Assembly (NCBI GenBank): GCA_050736615.1
Contig: JBOHWL010000111.1
Span: 1-63,796, forward strand
DNA length: 63,796 nt
Reading direction: 5' to 3'
Source of the DNA: Candidatus Binataceae bacterium
GTDB taxonomy: Bacteria; Desulfobacterota; Binatia; Binatales; Binataceae
The notes under the pieces are model-generated. The model made no database searches. It was not told the DNA's origin and saw only the letters and a program-made list of their open reading frames with translations. The position numbers and the translations under genes were made by a program. Numbering within the stretch: position 1 is the stretch's first letter; the number at the start of each line of letters is the position of its first letter. Below are positions 1 through 8,521 of this stretch, in pieces.

Positions 1-521
1 TGGTCGCGGCGGTGCCGCGGATGCGCCGCTTCGCGACGCTCGGCAACTCCAATTACGTGAAGGTGCGGGTCGAGGGCAGCGTCAACGATACCTTTCTCAC
101 CCTGATGTTCGAGTACCCGATGGGCAACGGGTTGGGCGGCGGCGGCACGAGCATGCCGTATTTTCTTAAAGACCGCCTGCGTAATCCCGTCGCGATCGAG
201 AATGAATACGGCCTCATCATGCTCGAAGAGGGAATTCCTGGCTTACTCTTGTGGGTCGCGTTTCTGGTATGGGTGATCACACGCGCGGCGCCGCGTAAAC
301 GCGAGCAATGGTATATGGCGCGTTGGCTCGCGCGATTTTTATGCCTGGGGGTGTTTGTGACCGCGGTGCTGGGTACTGGCCTGATGACGTCGATTCCCGG
401 GACTGGAATTTTGCTCATGTACTGCGGATGGCTGGCCGCGCCGCAGCCGATGCCCGCCGCCGCCACGATTCCACGTTATCGCGGTTACGCGTCGAGCGCG
501 GCCGCCGCGCTCCAGGTATGA
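1..521 (+). CDS. O-antigen ligase/polymerase-family (Wzy_C-like) membrane protein, C-terminal part; 5' end is off-window
   Basis: The ORF is open to the window edge (track 12..521). A Gly-rich loop GNGLGGGGTS is followed by IENEYGLIMLEEGIPGLLLW and hydrophobic helices, as in O-antigen ligase/polymerase C-termini. The stop overlaps the next start (ATGA at 518-521). Confidence 0.45.
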   Translation, partial: VAAVPRMRRFATLGNSNYVKVRVEGSVNDTFLTLMFEYPMGNGLGGGGTSMPYFLKDRLRNPVAIENEYGLIMLEEGIPGLLLWVAFLVWVITRAAPRKREQWYMARWLARFLCLGVFVTAVLGTGLMTSIPGTGILLMYCGWLAAPQPMPAAATIPRYRGYASSAAAALQV

Positions 522-1783
522 GTGTGTTAATGTCGCGAATCTTCACCACTCGCGACGCGCCTGCCGCACAGCCACCTTGGGTGATTGTCGCGGGCGGCTT
601 TCATGCGGGCGGCGCGATGGACCGTGCCAATGCGGCGCTGGCGCGCCATCTGCGCGATCGTGGCGTACCGCTCCATCTGGTTTCATATCAATTCGATGCG
701 GATATCGGCGCTTCTCCGGCGGTCAGGAGCTATCGCGTCAAGCGGCCGGCCAATTCGGCACTGCTCGGCAAATGGTCGCTCGAACGCACCGCGTGGACGG
801 TCGCCGCGCGCATCAGCGCTCAAACACCGGCGGCGCGGGTCGTGGTCAACGGCGGCAACTGTATCTGGCCGGATATCAACTGGGTGCATTATGTGCATCA
901 TGCGTCGCGGGCGTGGGACGAGGGCGCGCCGCTTTGGTTCAAGGCCAAAAATCGCGCCGGCAGCCTAGTCGATCGCCGGCGTGAATTGCGCGCGCTGCGT
1001 AACGCCCGCGTGGTACTGGCGAATTCGGACAGAACGCGCGCCGATCTCGTTGATCTGCTTGGACTCGCGCGCCAGCGGGTGTACACGGTTTATCTGGGCG
1101 CGGACCCAAGCTGGACGCCGGCGGACGCGAATCGTCGCGCCGCCGCGCGCGCATGGCTGGGCAAAGCGCCGCGGCGTCTGCTCGTCGCCTTCGTCGGCGC
1201 GCTTGGTCACGATAATCGCAAGGGTTTCGATCTGCTGATGGCGGCATGGCGGCGGCTGAGCGCGCGCGCCGATTGGGACGCCGATTTGATCGCGGCGGGC
1301 GGTGGCCGGGGCCTCGCTTCATGGCGTCGCGAAATTGCCGAGGCCGGCTTGGACGAGCGGGTTACGATGCTGGGTTTCACGCCGCGCGTCACCGATTTGC
1401 TGGCGGCCGCCGATCTTCTGGTAAGCCCAGTGCGCTACGAAGCTTACGGTGTCAATGCGCAAGAAGCGTTATGTGCGGGAGTGCCCGCGATGGTCACCCG
1501 CACGGCTGGAATCGCCGAGCGCTATCCGGCCGAATTGAGCGATCTGTTGCTTGACCGCGACGACGCCGATTCGTTGATGGCCAAGTTATTACGCTGGCGT
1601 AGCGATATCGACGGATTCAAAAATCGCGTGGCGCCGTTGGGACGCCTGCTGCGTTCACACAGCATGGACGATATGGCGGCGCAAATTGTCGCGATTGTTG
1701 AAGCGGCGCCGCCCGCCGCGTCAATGAGGAATTGGGGCGCGCGGAGGCCGCGGTGGCTTGGCGGCCATCGTCGCGCTTCATGA
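518..1783 (+). CDS. glycosyltransferase, GT4 (GT-B fold) family
   Basis: Track ORF 308..1783. Start placed at ATG 518 (MSVLMSRIF), overlapping the upstream stop. C-terminal GT4 signature: LGFTPRVTDLLAAADLLVSPVRYEAYGVNAQEALCAGVPAMV. Confidence 0.8.
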   Translation: MSVLMSRIFTTRDAPAAQPPWVIVAGGFHAGGAMDRANAALARHLRDRGVPLHLVSYQFDADIGASPAVRSYRVKRPANSALLGKWSLERTAWTVAARISAQTPAARVVVNGGNCIWPDINWVHYVHHASRAWDEGAPLWFKAKNRAGSLVDRRRELRALRNARVVLANSDRTRADLVDLLGLARQRVYTVYLGADPSWTPADANRRAAARAWLGKAPRRLLVAFVGALGHDNRKGFDLLMAAWRRLSARADWDADLIAAGGGRGLASWRREIAEAGLDERVTMLGFTPRVTDLLAAADLLVSPVRYEAYGVNAQEALCAGVPAMVTRTAGIAERYPAELSDLLLDRDDADSLMAKLLRWRSDIDGFKNRVAPLGRLLRSHSMDDMAAQIVAIVEAAPPAASMRNWGARRPRWLGGHRRAS

Positions 1784-2726
1784 TCATGACCGCCGGCATC
1801 CGGATGCGGAGAGGGCTTTGAGCCCGGGCGTCTCGCAGAGGGCCGAATTCGTCCCGCCGCCGATCTCACCCGCGGTGGACGGCGGTGCCGCGCCCGCCGT
1901 CTTGATTATCGAGAGCGGACGTAAATGGGACCTGATTAGTCTCGGCGAGCTGTGGCGGTATCGTGATCTCTTTTATTTCCTCGTATGGCGCGACGTGAAG
2001 GTGCGTTATCAGCAAACGGTGCTGGGCGCGGCCTGGGCGGTGCTGCAGCCATTTCTCACGATGGTGGTGTTTACGGTTTTTTTTGGCCGGCTCGCGGGCG
2101 TGCCTTCGGATGGCGTGCCGTATCCGGTGTTTTCATTCGCGGCCTTGCTGCCCTGGATGTTTTTCTCCAACGCGGTCGCCTCCAGTAGCAACAGTCTGGT
2201 CGGCAACGCCGGCCTTATAACCAAAGTTTATTTCCCGCGCATGGTGATTCCGGGCGCGGCAGTCGGCGCCGGTCTGGTCGATTTCGCGATCGCGGCGGTG
2301 ATCCTGTTTGGCATGATCGCCTGGTACGGCATCGCCCTGACCTGGTCGGCGCTGATGCTGGTGCCGTTGGTGATGCTGGCCGCGCTGGCCGCCCTTGGCG
2401 TCGGCATGTGGAGCTCCGCACTCAACGTCAAATACCGCGACGTTCGCTACGCACTGCCGTTCGTGATTCAGATCTGGCTCTATGTGACGCCGGTCATCTA
2501 TTCCCCCAGCTTCGTGCCCGCGCGCTGGCGCTGGCTTTTGAAACTCAATCCGCTGACCGGCATCATCGAGAATTTCCGCGCGGCGCTATTGGTGGGCGCG
2601 CCCGGCTTCAAAGGCGCCTTCAATTGGACTGACCTCGCGATTTCATGCGCGCTCATCGCGGCGGTGATTGTTTACGCGGCGTTCGCCTTCCGCCGCATGG
2701 AGCGCGAATTCGCCGACGTCGTGTAG
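1758..2726 (+). CDS. wzm: ABC-2 type polysaccharide/O-antigen export permease (Wzm/TagG-like)
   Basis: LWRYRDLFYFLVWRDVKVRYQQTVLGAAWAVLQPFL is typical of Wzm/KpsM/TagG permeases, and the rest is multi-pass hydrophobic. The exact start is uncertain because the ORF overlaps the preceding GT by 26 nt. Confidence 0.85.
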   Translation: MAAIVALHDHDRRHPDAERALSPGVSQRAEFVPPPISPAVDGGAAPAVLIIESGRKWDLISLGELWRYRDLFYFLVWRDVKVRYQQTVLGAAWAVLQPFLTMVVFTVFFGRLAGVPSDGVPYPVFSFAALLPWMFFSNAVASSSNSLVGNAGLITKVYFPRMVIPGAAVGAGLVDFAIAAVILFGMIAWYGIALTWSALMLVPLVMLAALAALGVGMWSSALNVKYRDVRYALPFVIQIWLYVTPVIYSPSFVPARWRWLLKLNPLTGIIENFRAALLVGAPGFKGAFNWTDLAISCALIAAVIVYAAFAFRRMEREFADVV

Positions 2727-2731
2727 ACAAA

Positions 2732-2937
2732 CTAGGGAAGCTCTGCACAAGCCCATTTGTCATTCTGAACGGAGTCTGCCATCAGCGGAGCCGAAGGCGA
2801 AGCGAGCGAACGAGTCTGCGAGGCGCGCACTAAGATCAGTGAAGAATCCCGGCAAAAAGCCCGTAAAAACCAGAAGATCCGGGATTCTTCGCTGCGCTCA
2901 GAATGACAGAATCACCCCTTGTGCAGAGCTTCCCTAG
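2732..2937. repeat. MITE-like nested palindromic element, copy 1 (206 bp)
   Basis: Perfect 20-bp terminal inverted repeats (CTAGGGAAGCTCTGCACAAG ... CTTGTGCAGAGCTTCCCTAG). A second inverted pair is GTCATTCTGAACG / CGCTCAGAATGAC. The inner hairpin is GAAGAATCCCGG-N26-CCGGGATTCTTC. It has no coding capacity beyond a spurious small ORF. Confidence 0.85.
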
Positions 2938-3167
2938 CGGAGCGGCGTTGCGCGGCGGAGCGAGCAGGCGAGTCCGCGAGCTGCGTTAAGCACGCTAGTG
3001 GAGCCGCGTTGCGCGGCGGAGCGAGCACATCAGGCGAAGCCAAAGGCGGCACGAGCGAATGAGCCCGCGAGTCGTGTTTAGGAGAACCAACCGCGAGCTG
3101 CGTTAAGCACGCTAGTGAGCCGCGTTGCGCGGCGGAGCGAGCAGGCGAGTCCGCGAGCTGCGTTAAG
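2934..3167. repeat. tandem array of three ~60-nt GC-rich units; the middle unit carries a ~57-nt insertion
   Basis: Units at 2934-2994, 2995-3112 and 3113-3167 each begin with CTAG. They share GCGTTGCGCGGCGGAGCGAGCAGGCGAGTCCGCGAGCTGCGTTAAG. The array abuts the right end of MITE copy 1 and ends 2 nt before the wzt ATG. Confidence 0.8.
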
Positions 3168-3169
3168 AA

Positions 3170-4498
3170 ATGGAACCGGTTATCAAAGTCGAAAACCTGG
3201 GCAAACGCTATCGTCTGGGCGAGCGCGAAAGTTATCAGACCTTGCGCGAGAGTCTCGTCAGATGGAGCAAGGCGCCGTTTCGATCGGTCGGCGCGCTCGT
3301 GCGCAACAGCCGTGTGCCGCGCCCGGAACACAGTCACGTATGGGCCTTGCGCGAGGTCAGCTTCGAGGTCAAGCAGGGCGAAGTGATGGGGCTCATCGGA
3401 CGCAACGGCGCCGGCAAATCGACCTTGTTGAAAATCCTCTCGCGCGTCACCGAGCCGACCACCGGACGCGCTGAACTGCATGGGCGGGTCGGCAGCCTGC
3501 TCGAAGTCGGCACCGGTTTCCATCAAGAATTGAGCGGCCGCGACAACATTTATCTGAGCGGCGCGATTCTCGGCATGCGCGCCGCCGAGATCACGCGCAA
3601 ATTCGATGAAATCGTCGCCTTCGCGGAGCTGGACCGCTTCGTCGATACGCCCGTCAAGCGCTATTCCAGCGGCATGTACGTGCGTCTGGCGTTCGCTGTC
3701 GCCGCTCATCTGGAGCCAGAAATTTTGTTGGTTGACGAGGTGCTGGCGGTGGGCGACGCCGTGTTCCAGAAAAAATGTCTGGGCAAAATGGGCGAGGTGG
3801 CACGCCACGGCCGCACCGTTTTATTCGTCAGCCACAATATGGCCTCGGTCGAGTCGTTGTGCGGCTCCTGCATTCTGATCAAGTCCGGCCGGGTCGAGGC
3901 GAGAGGCAAGCCCACCGATATCATCGCGCGCTATCTTGCCACCGAACTCGCGCCCGGCCCCGGCTGGTGCTCATTGCTTACGCATTCGGGCCGCACTCCC
4001 AGTTCGAGACCACTCATGCGGCGGGTCGAAGTGCGCTCGAGTGCGGACGCGCCGCCCGGAATGGTGCGGATGGGCGCGGCGATGGAGATTCAGGTGGAAT
4101 ACGAAGCGCCGTCGCCGTTGCGGCCGGTGCTAGGTGTCACCGTGCGCACAGTCCAGGGTGTCCCGGTCTTCTGCGTTAGCGACCGTCATCATTGGCAACT
4201 CGCCGGATGCAAACCGTCGGCTCATGCGACCGTCGTATGCGCGATCGAGCATGTCCCGCTGATGCCGGGCAATTATGTAATCGATTTGTGGCTGGGCGAC
4301 GCGGGTGTTGATTTGGACGTAATTCTTGATGCGATCTCGTTCGAGGTGCTGCCGGCGGATTTAACCGGCACGGGTCAATTGCCACCGCCGATTCTTGGTC
4401 CGGTCTTCGTGCCCGCGACCTTTGCGCTGCGAAGCGCCAATGCCGGACGGAGTGGAGATGGAATAGTCTCCACTGCGAGCGGCCCGGACGGCCGCTAA
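3170..4498 (+). CDS. wzt: O-antigen/polysaccharide export ABC transporter ATP-binding protein with a C-terminal Wzt_C-like glycan-binding extension
   Basis: Walker A GRNGAGKST, signature YSSGMYVRLAF and Walker B ILLVDEVLAVGD. The N-terminus MEPVIKVENLGKRY is typical of Wzt/TagH. About 170 extra C-terminal residues lie at roughly nt 3932-4430. Confidence 0.9.
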   Translation: MEPVIKVENLGKRYRLGERESYQTLRESLVRWSKAPFRSVGALVRNSRVPRPEHSHVWALREVSFEVKQGEVMGLIGRNGAGKSTLLKILSRVTEPTTGRAELHGRVGSLLEVGTGFHQELSGRDNIYLSGAILGMRAAEITRKFDEIVAFAELDRFVDTPVKRYSSGMYVRLAFAVAAHLEPEILLVDEVLAVGDAVFQKKCLGKMGEVARHGRTVLFVSHNMASVESLCGSCILIKSGRVEARGKPTDIIARYLATELAPGPGWCSLLTHSGRTPSSRPLMRRVEVRSSADAPPGMVRMGAAMEIQVEYEAPSPLRPVLGVTVRTVQGVPVFCVSDRHHWQLAGCKPSAHATVVCAIEHVPLMPGNYVIDLWLGDAGVDLDVILDAISFEVLPADLTGTGQLPPPILGPVFVPATFALRSANAGRSGDGIVSTASGPDGR

Positions 4499-4519
4499 AA
4501 GATCGTCGTGACGGAAGCG

Positions 4520-4804
4520 CTAAGGAACCTCTGCACAAGTCCCATTTGTCATTTTCGAGCGCATTAGCACAGCCGAGGGAAGCGAGCGGGCGAGTCTTTA
4601 TCCTTGGCCGAAGGCTTGCGGACTCGTCCGCCCCACGGAACTCCGTTTAGGGCTGCGAGTGCGCGAGTCGCGTTCAGGACAACGAGTCCGCGAGGTGCGT
4701 TTCAATAAATGAAGAATCCCCGCAAAAAGCTCAAAAATCAAAAATATCCGGGATTCATCGTTGCGCTCAGAATGACAGAATCATCCGTTGTGCGAAGCTT
4801 CCCC
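4520..4804. repeat. MITE-like nested palindromic element, copy 2 (285 bp, diverged, extra internal modules)
   Basis: Left end CTAAGGAACCTCTGCACAAG..GTCATTTTCGAGCGC. Right end GCGCTCAGAATGACAGAATC..GTGCGAAGCTTCCCC. The inner stem is GAAGAATCCCCG-N-CCGGGATTCATC. The centre holds several CGAGTCYGCGAG modules. Confidence 0.75.
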
Positions 4805-4881
4805 AAAATGATCGTTCAAATGGAAACGGTAAGAGACATGGAGAAAGCCGATATAAACACGTGTGTTGCCAGCGCGAATGA

Positions 4882-5166
4882 GCGTCCGGCGACCTATCTG
4901 GCAAGCCCTCCACGCCAGGCTTTAAAAGGCTAACCACGACTGCGGCCGAGGATGTCGAGCTTGCTTGGGCTTTGCGGCTGAGCGGCTGGAAACTTTGGGT
5001 GGACCCGCGGCTGCGGTTCCAGCATTTCACCTCCGCGTCGCGTTTGAACTGGGGCAATTTCCTCAAGTTGCAGCGCGAAAGGAGTGCCTGTCTGGTCAAT
5101 CTTGACTCATACAAATTCGCCTTGGTGCTGAATGCGAGCGATCGTGGTCGCCTGAGTGAAAAATGA
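4882..5166 (+). pseudogene. C-terminal remnant of a GT2-family glycosyltransferase
   Basis: In-frame translation gives ..TTTAAEDVELAWALRLSGWKLWVDPRLRFQHF.., the ED-x-EL..RL..GW....P motif of the GT2 catalytic-domain C-terminus. No N-terminal Rossmann-like half is present. An in-frame stop lies at 4879-4881 and a MITE lies upstream. Flanking frames up to ~5390 look decayed. Confidence 0.6.
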
Positions 5167-5393
5167 GCATACAACTTCGGCGTCAACCTATGGTCAATTC
5201 TAAAAAATATTGTGCTGCGGCGGCAAAAAGTATTTGGCTGCGAACTATCGCGGTTCGAGGGGGATGAAGATGTCTTTCGCATCGTTGATTCAGGATTGAT
5301 GGTCCAGCGTGCGCGCTGCTCCGCTCCGATGTCTCATAATTCCAAACGAAACTGTTCAGCTATTGGGCAACTTTCCGCACCCGTAAGTGGCAA

Positions 5394-6166
5394 ATGCTCG
5401 ACGAGAGTGCAGCCAAAGTTCTTCGACTGATCGAGGACGGCGATGTTGTCCTCGACATTGGCGGTTGGGCGCGGCCGTTCAACCGTGCCAACTTCGTCAT
5501 TGATGCCGAACCCTATGAGACCCGCGGTTACTTCAGTGACCCGAAGCTGGCGAGCAAGCGTGGATGGTTCGCACCGGCTCAAGGCGGGGTACGCGAATGG
5601 TTTGGTAAAGAAACCTGGATTCAGCGCGATCTTTGCGAAAGAACAGCCTTTCCCTTCAAGGACAAGGAGATCGACTTCGTCATATGCTCGCATACGCTTG
5701 AGGATATCCGCGACCCGCTATGGGTTTGTTCGGAAATCCTGCGGATTGGCAAGCGCGGCTATATCGAGGTTCCCTCCGGGTGGCCGAGTCGTGCCGTGGG
5801 ATTGAGCCGAATCTAGTTGGCTGGTCGCATCATCGATGGCTGGTGGACATCGCGGATGGCCATATATCATTTTTGATGAAATATCATACGATCCATAGCC
5901 ACTGGCGGTTTTCGTTTCCTTCGAGTTATTTGCGCGGACTTCCAGAGGAGCGCCGGGTCCAGTCGCTATACTGGGAAGGAAAATTCACGTATTCGGAATT
6001 GAATATTCACTCGGCCGGAGCGATAGCCGCCGCGTTGGAGAGGTTCGTAATGGAAAACCAGGGCCACCCTCGCTGGGTTCTCGCGGTGGATCGCAGGTTA
6101 CGTGCGATTCACGCGTTTACCAGCCGAATGGCGGGATTTATCCGCCGGCGCCTGGCCGTGGATTAG
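5394..6166 (+). pseudogene. class I SAM-dependent methyltransferase interrupted by a 1-nt frameshift near 5777
   Basis: Track ORFs 5394..5816 and 5720..6166 join as ..KRGYIEVPS / RVAESCRGIEPNLVGWSHHRWLVD.. if C5777 is read twice, at the TCC-CGG junction. The N-terminal half has a VLDIGG SAM-binding motif. Confidence 0.65.
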
Positions 6167-6171
6167 CTCGC

Positions 6172-6720
6172 ATGGAATTGGCATGCGCCAAGCTGAACCT
6201 CGGTTGCGGGCGGAGGTTGATCGAAGGGGCAACCAATCTCGATATGTGTCCCGACGTCAATCCGGACCTGGTCCACGATCTCAATCAGAGGCCGTGGCCC
6301 TTGCCCGACGGCGAATTCGAAGAAGTGCTGGCCTATGACGTGATCGAGCATTGCTGTGACCTGGTTGGCGTGATGGAGGAGGTGCATCGCGTATGCCGCG
6401 ACGCGGCGATTGTACGTATCACGGTGCCGCATTTCTCCTGTTCGAACACCTTCGCCGACCCCACTCATCGGCACGCGTTCACCTCGCGCAGTTTTGAATA
6501 TTTCACCGACGAGGCGGAATTTGATTTTTACACCAGGTGCCGCTTCAGACGCCGCGCCACCAACATCGTGTTCGCGCCAACTTTGCTGAACAAGCTCGTA
6601 TGGCGTATCGCGAACCGATGGCCGCGCGAGTACGAACGCCGCTGGGCCTGGGTGTTTCCCGCCTGGTTTATCTACTGCGAACTCGAAGTGGTGAAGACCG
6701 TTGAGGGGCGCGCGTCATGA
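6172..6720 (+). CDS. class I SAM-dependent methyltransferase
   Basis: KLNLGCG (motif I), AYDVIEH, and a short Methyltransf_11/23-like layout. Confidence 0.8.
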   Translation: MELACAKLNLGCGRRLIEGATNLDMCPDVNPDLVHDLNQRPWPLPDGEFEEVLAYDVIEHCCDLVGVMEEVHRVCRDAAIVRITVPHFSCSNTFADPTHRHAFTSRSFEYFTDEAEFDFYTRCRFRRRATNIVFAPTLLNKLVWRIANRWPREYERRWAWVFPAWFIYCELEVVKTVEGRAS

Positions 6721-7400
6721 AGCCCCGGCGAGTGATCGCCGGCGTTTTTAAAGCGGCGCTCGGCGAGGCGCGCTATGCGGAGCTGCGCCGCCGCTCGCTT
6801 GGCTGGCGCTCCAGCCGCACTGCTTTCGGTGATATCTACGAACACGGTGGTTGGAAATGTGCCGAAAGCGCCTCTGGCACGGGCTCGACGCTGACCGGCA
6901 CCGTGGCCTTGCGCCGCGCCTTGCCCGGACTTATGCGCCAGCTCAACGTACATTCGATCCTCGACGCCGGATGTGGCGACGTCAATTGGATCAGCACGGT
7001 GGATTTAGCTGGGGTGGCATATATCGGTATGGACGTGGTGCCGGCCTTAATCGAACGCAATCAAGCGGCTTATGGAGACGAGACTCACAGGTTTATTTGC
7101 GCGGATATTTCTTGCGATCCACTGCCAATCGCCGCCGCGGTCCTCTGCCGTCATTGTCTCATCCATTTGTCCAACCAACGGGTGCTCATGGCGTTGCGGA
7201 ATTTCAAGCGAAGCGGCTGCCGCTACTTGTTGACGACCACCTTTCCGCGACTCCAGGTCAACCGCGACATCTGGAACGGCAGTTTCAGGCCGCTAAATCT
7301 GCAAGCCAATCCGTTCGATCTACCCGAGCCGCTCCTGACGCTTGAGGATGCGGACGACTCCGCGGTACTGGCGGTCTGGCGGCTTGGTGAAATCCCTTGA
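6717..7400 (+). CDS. class I SAM-dependent methyltransferase
   Basis: ILDAGCGDVNW (motif I) and YIGMDVV (motif II). The start overlaps the upstream stop as ATGA (6717-6720). Confidence 0.75.
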   Translation: MKPRRVIAGVFKAALGEARYAELRRRSLGWRSSRTAFGDIYEHGGWKCAESASGTGSTLTGTVALRRALPGLMRQLNVHSILDAGCGDVNWISTVDLAGVAYIGMDVVPALIERNQAAYGDETHRFICADISCDPLPIAAAVLCRHCLIHLSNQRVLMALRNFKRSGCRYLLTTTFPRLQVNRDIWNGSFRPLNLQANPFDLPEPLLTLEDADDSAVLAVWRLGEIP

Positions 7401-7422
7401 GGCCACGCAGGCTCGCGTCGCC

Positions 7423-8493
7423 ATGCGCGTCTTGCATATTGTGCCGGCCTTGTTCGGCTCCGACGGCATCATCGGCGGCGCCGAGCGCTACGTGTTCGAG
7501 CTTGCGCGCCATATGGCCAACGAGGTTTCGACGCGTTTGCTGACGTTTGGATCGCGCGATCGCACGGAGACCGCCGGCGCGCTTGAAATCCGCGTGAGCG
7601 GCAATCCGTGGTACGTGCGCGGCCAGCGTGGCAATCCGGTTTCACGCGCCATACTGAGTGAAATCCGGCGTGCCGACGTGGTTCATTGCCATCAGCAACA
7701 CGTGCTCGCCAGCAGTATCGCGGCGGCGGTATGCCGGCTTTCAGGCCGGCGGGTCTTTGTCACGGATTTGGGCGGCGGGGGTTGGGATGTGTCGGCGTAT
7801 GTTTCGACTGATCGTTGGTATCATGGCCATTTGCACCTGAGTAACTACAGCCGCAAGCTATATCAACATACCGGGCGGCCGCGCGCCTACGTCATTCTGG
7901 GCGGAGTTGATATAGACAAGTTCTCCCCCGATTACTCAGTCGCGCGCCAATCAACCGCGCTCTTCGTCGGCCGACTGCTGCCCCATAAGGGTGTGAATTA
8001 TCTAATCGAGGCGATGCCGCCGAATTGCAAGCTGGACATTATCGGCCCTTGCGGCGACCCGCGCTATCTGCGCGACTTGCACGAACTTGCCGATGGCCGG
8101 CGCGTGAAGTTCCGCCATGATTGTGACGATACGGCGTTGGTCGCGGCCTATCGCCGCGCCTGCTGTGTCGTGCTACCCAGCGTGTACAAGACATTGTACG
8201 GCGACGAAACGCGAGTACCTGAATTGCTGGGGCAAACCTTGCTCGAGGCAATGGCCTGCGGCACACCCGTCATATGCACCGAGGTCGCCAGTATGCCGGA
8301 GATTGTCGAGGACGGTGTGAACGGCTTTATCGTGCCACCCAACGATCCGACGGCTTTGCGCGAGAAAATCGCGTGGCTCCTGAACAATCCGCATCACGCG
8401 GCCGCGATGGGTAAGGCGGGGCGCCAACGTGTGCTGGATAGATTCACCTGGCCGGCGGTGGTGCGCCGCTGCCTCGAGGCTTATGCGTCGTGA
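7423..8493 (+). CDS. glycosyltransferase, GT4 family
   Basis: Track ORF 7342..8493. Start placed at MRVLHIVPALFGSDGIIGGAERYV. The C-terminus reads ..LLGQTLLEAMACGTPVICTEVASMPEIVEDGVNGFIVPP. Confidence 0.85.
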   Translation: MRVLHIVPALFGSDGIIGGAERYVFELARHMANEVSTRLLTFGSRDRTETAGALEIRVSGNPWYVRGQRGNPVSRAILSEIRRADVVHCHQQHVLASSIAAAVCRLSGRRVFVTDLGGGGWDVSAYVSTDRWYHGHLHLSNYSRKLYQHTGRPRAYVILGGVDIDKFSPDYSVARQSTALFVGRLLPHKGVNYLIEAMPPNCKLDIIGPCGDPRYLRDLHELADGRRVKFRHDCDDTALVAAYRRACCVVLPSVYKTLYGDETRVPELLGQTLLEAMACGTPVICTEVASMPEIVEDGVNGFIVPPNDPTALREKIAWLLNNPHHAAAMGKAGRQRVLDRFTWPAVVRRCLEAYAS

Positions 8494-8521
8494 CCGAAGC
8501 GCCAGCAATCATCGAATCCAA

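Noticed and set aside
308-517. N-terminal extensions of track ORFs: 308..517, 7342..7422, 12862..13032, 15172..15333, 20066..20158, 27325..27531, 32007..32087, 45302..45340, 60077..60193 and 63373..63474.
   Set aside because: The extensions overlap upstream genes or repeats and have biased composition. Internal starts give canonical family N-termini, often with SD-like sequences, so shorter gene models were used.
2668-2937. Small ORFs inside the MITE copies (2668..2937, 4709..4933, 19959..20162) encoding ..KNPGKKP..SGILRCAQNDRITPC..
   Set aside because: The peptide similarity follows from DNA repeat identity. The frames differ or are broken between copies, there are no RBS-like sequences, and the palindromic structure explains the conservation.
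2934-3167. A possible CRISPR array, given regularly spaced repeats.
   Set aside because: There are only three units, placed head-to-tail without unique spacers. The apparent spacer is a nested repeat module, and there are no cas genes in the window.
2912-3808. A 298-aa minus-strand ORF with internally repeated peptide LACLTQLADSPARSAAQR.
   Set aside because: Its 3' half is simply the tandem DNA repeat read in one frame, and its 5' half is antisense to the well-supported wzt gene. I regard it as a GC-rich shadow ORF and not a repeat protein.
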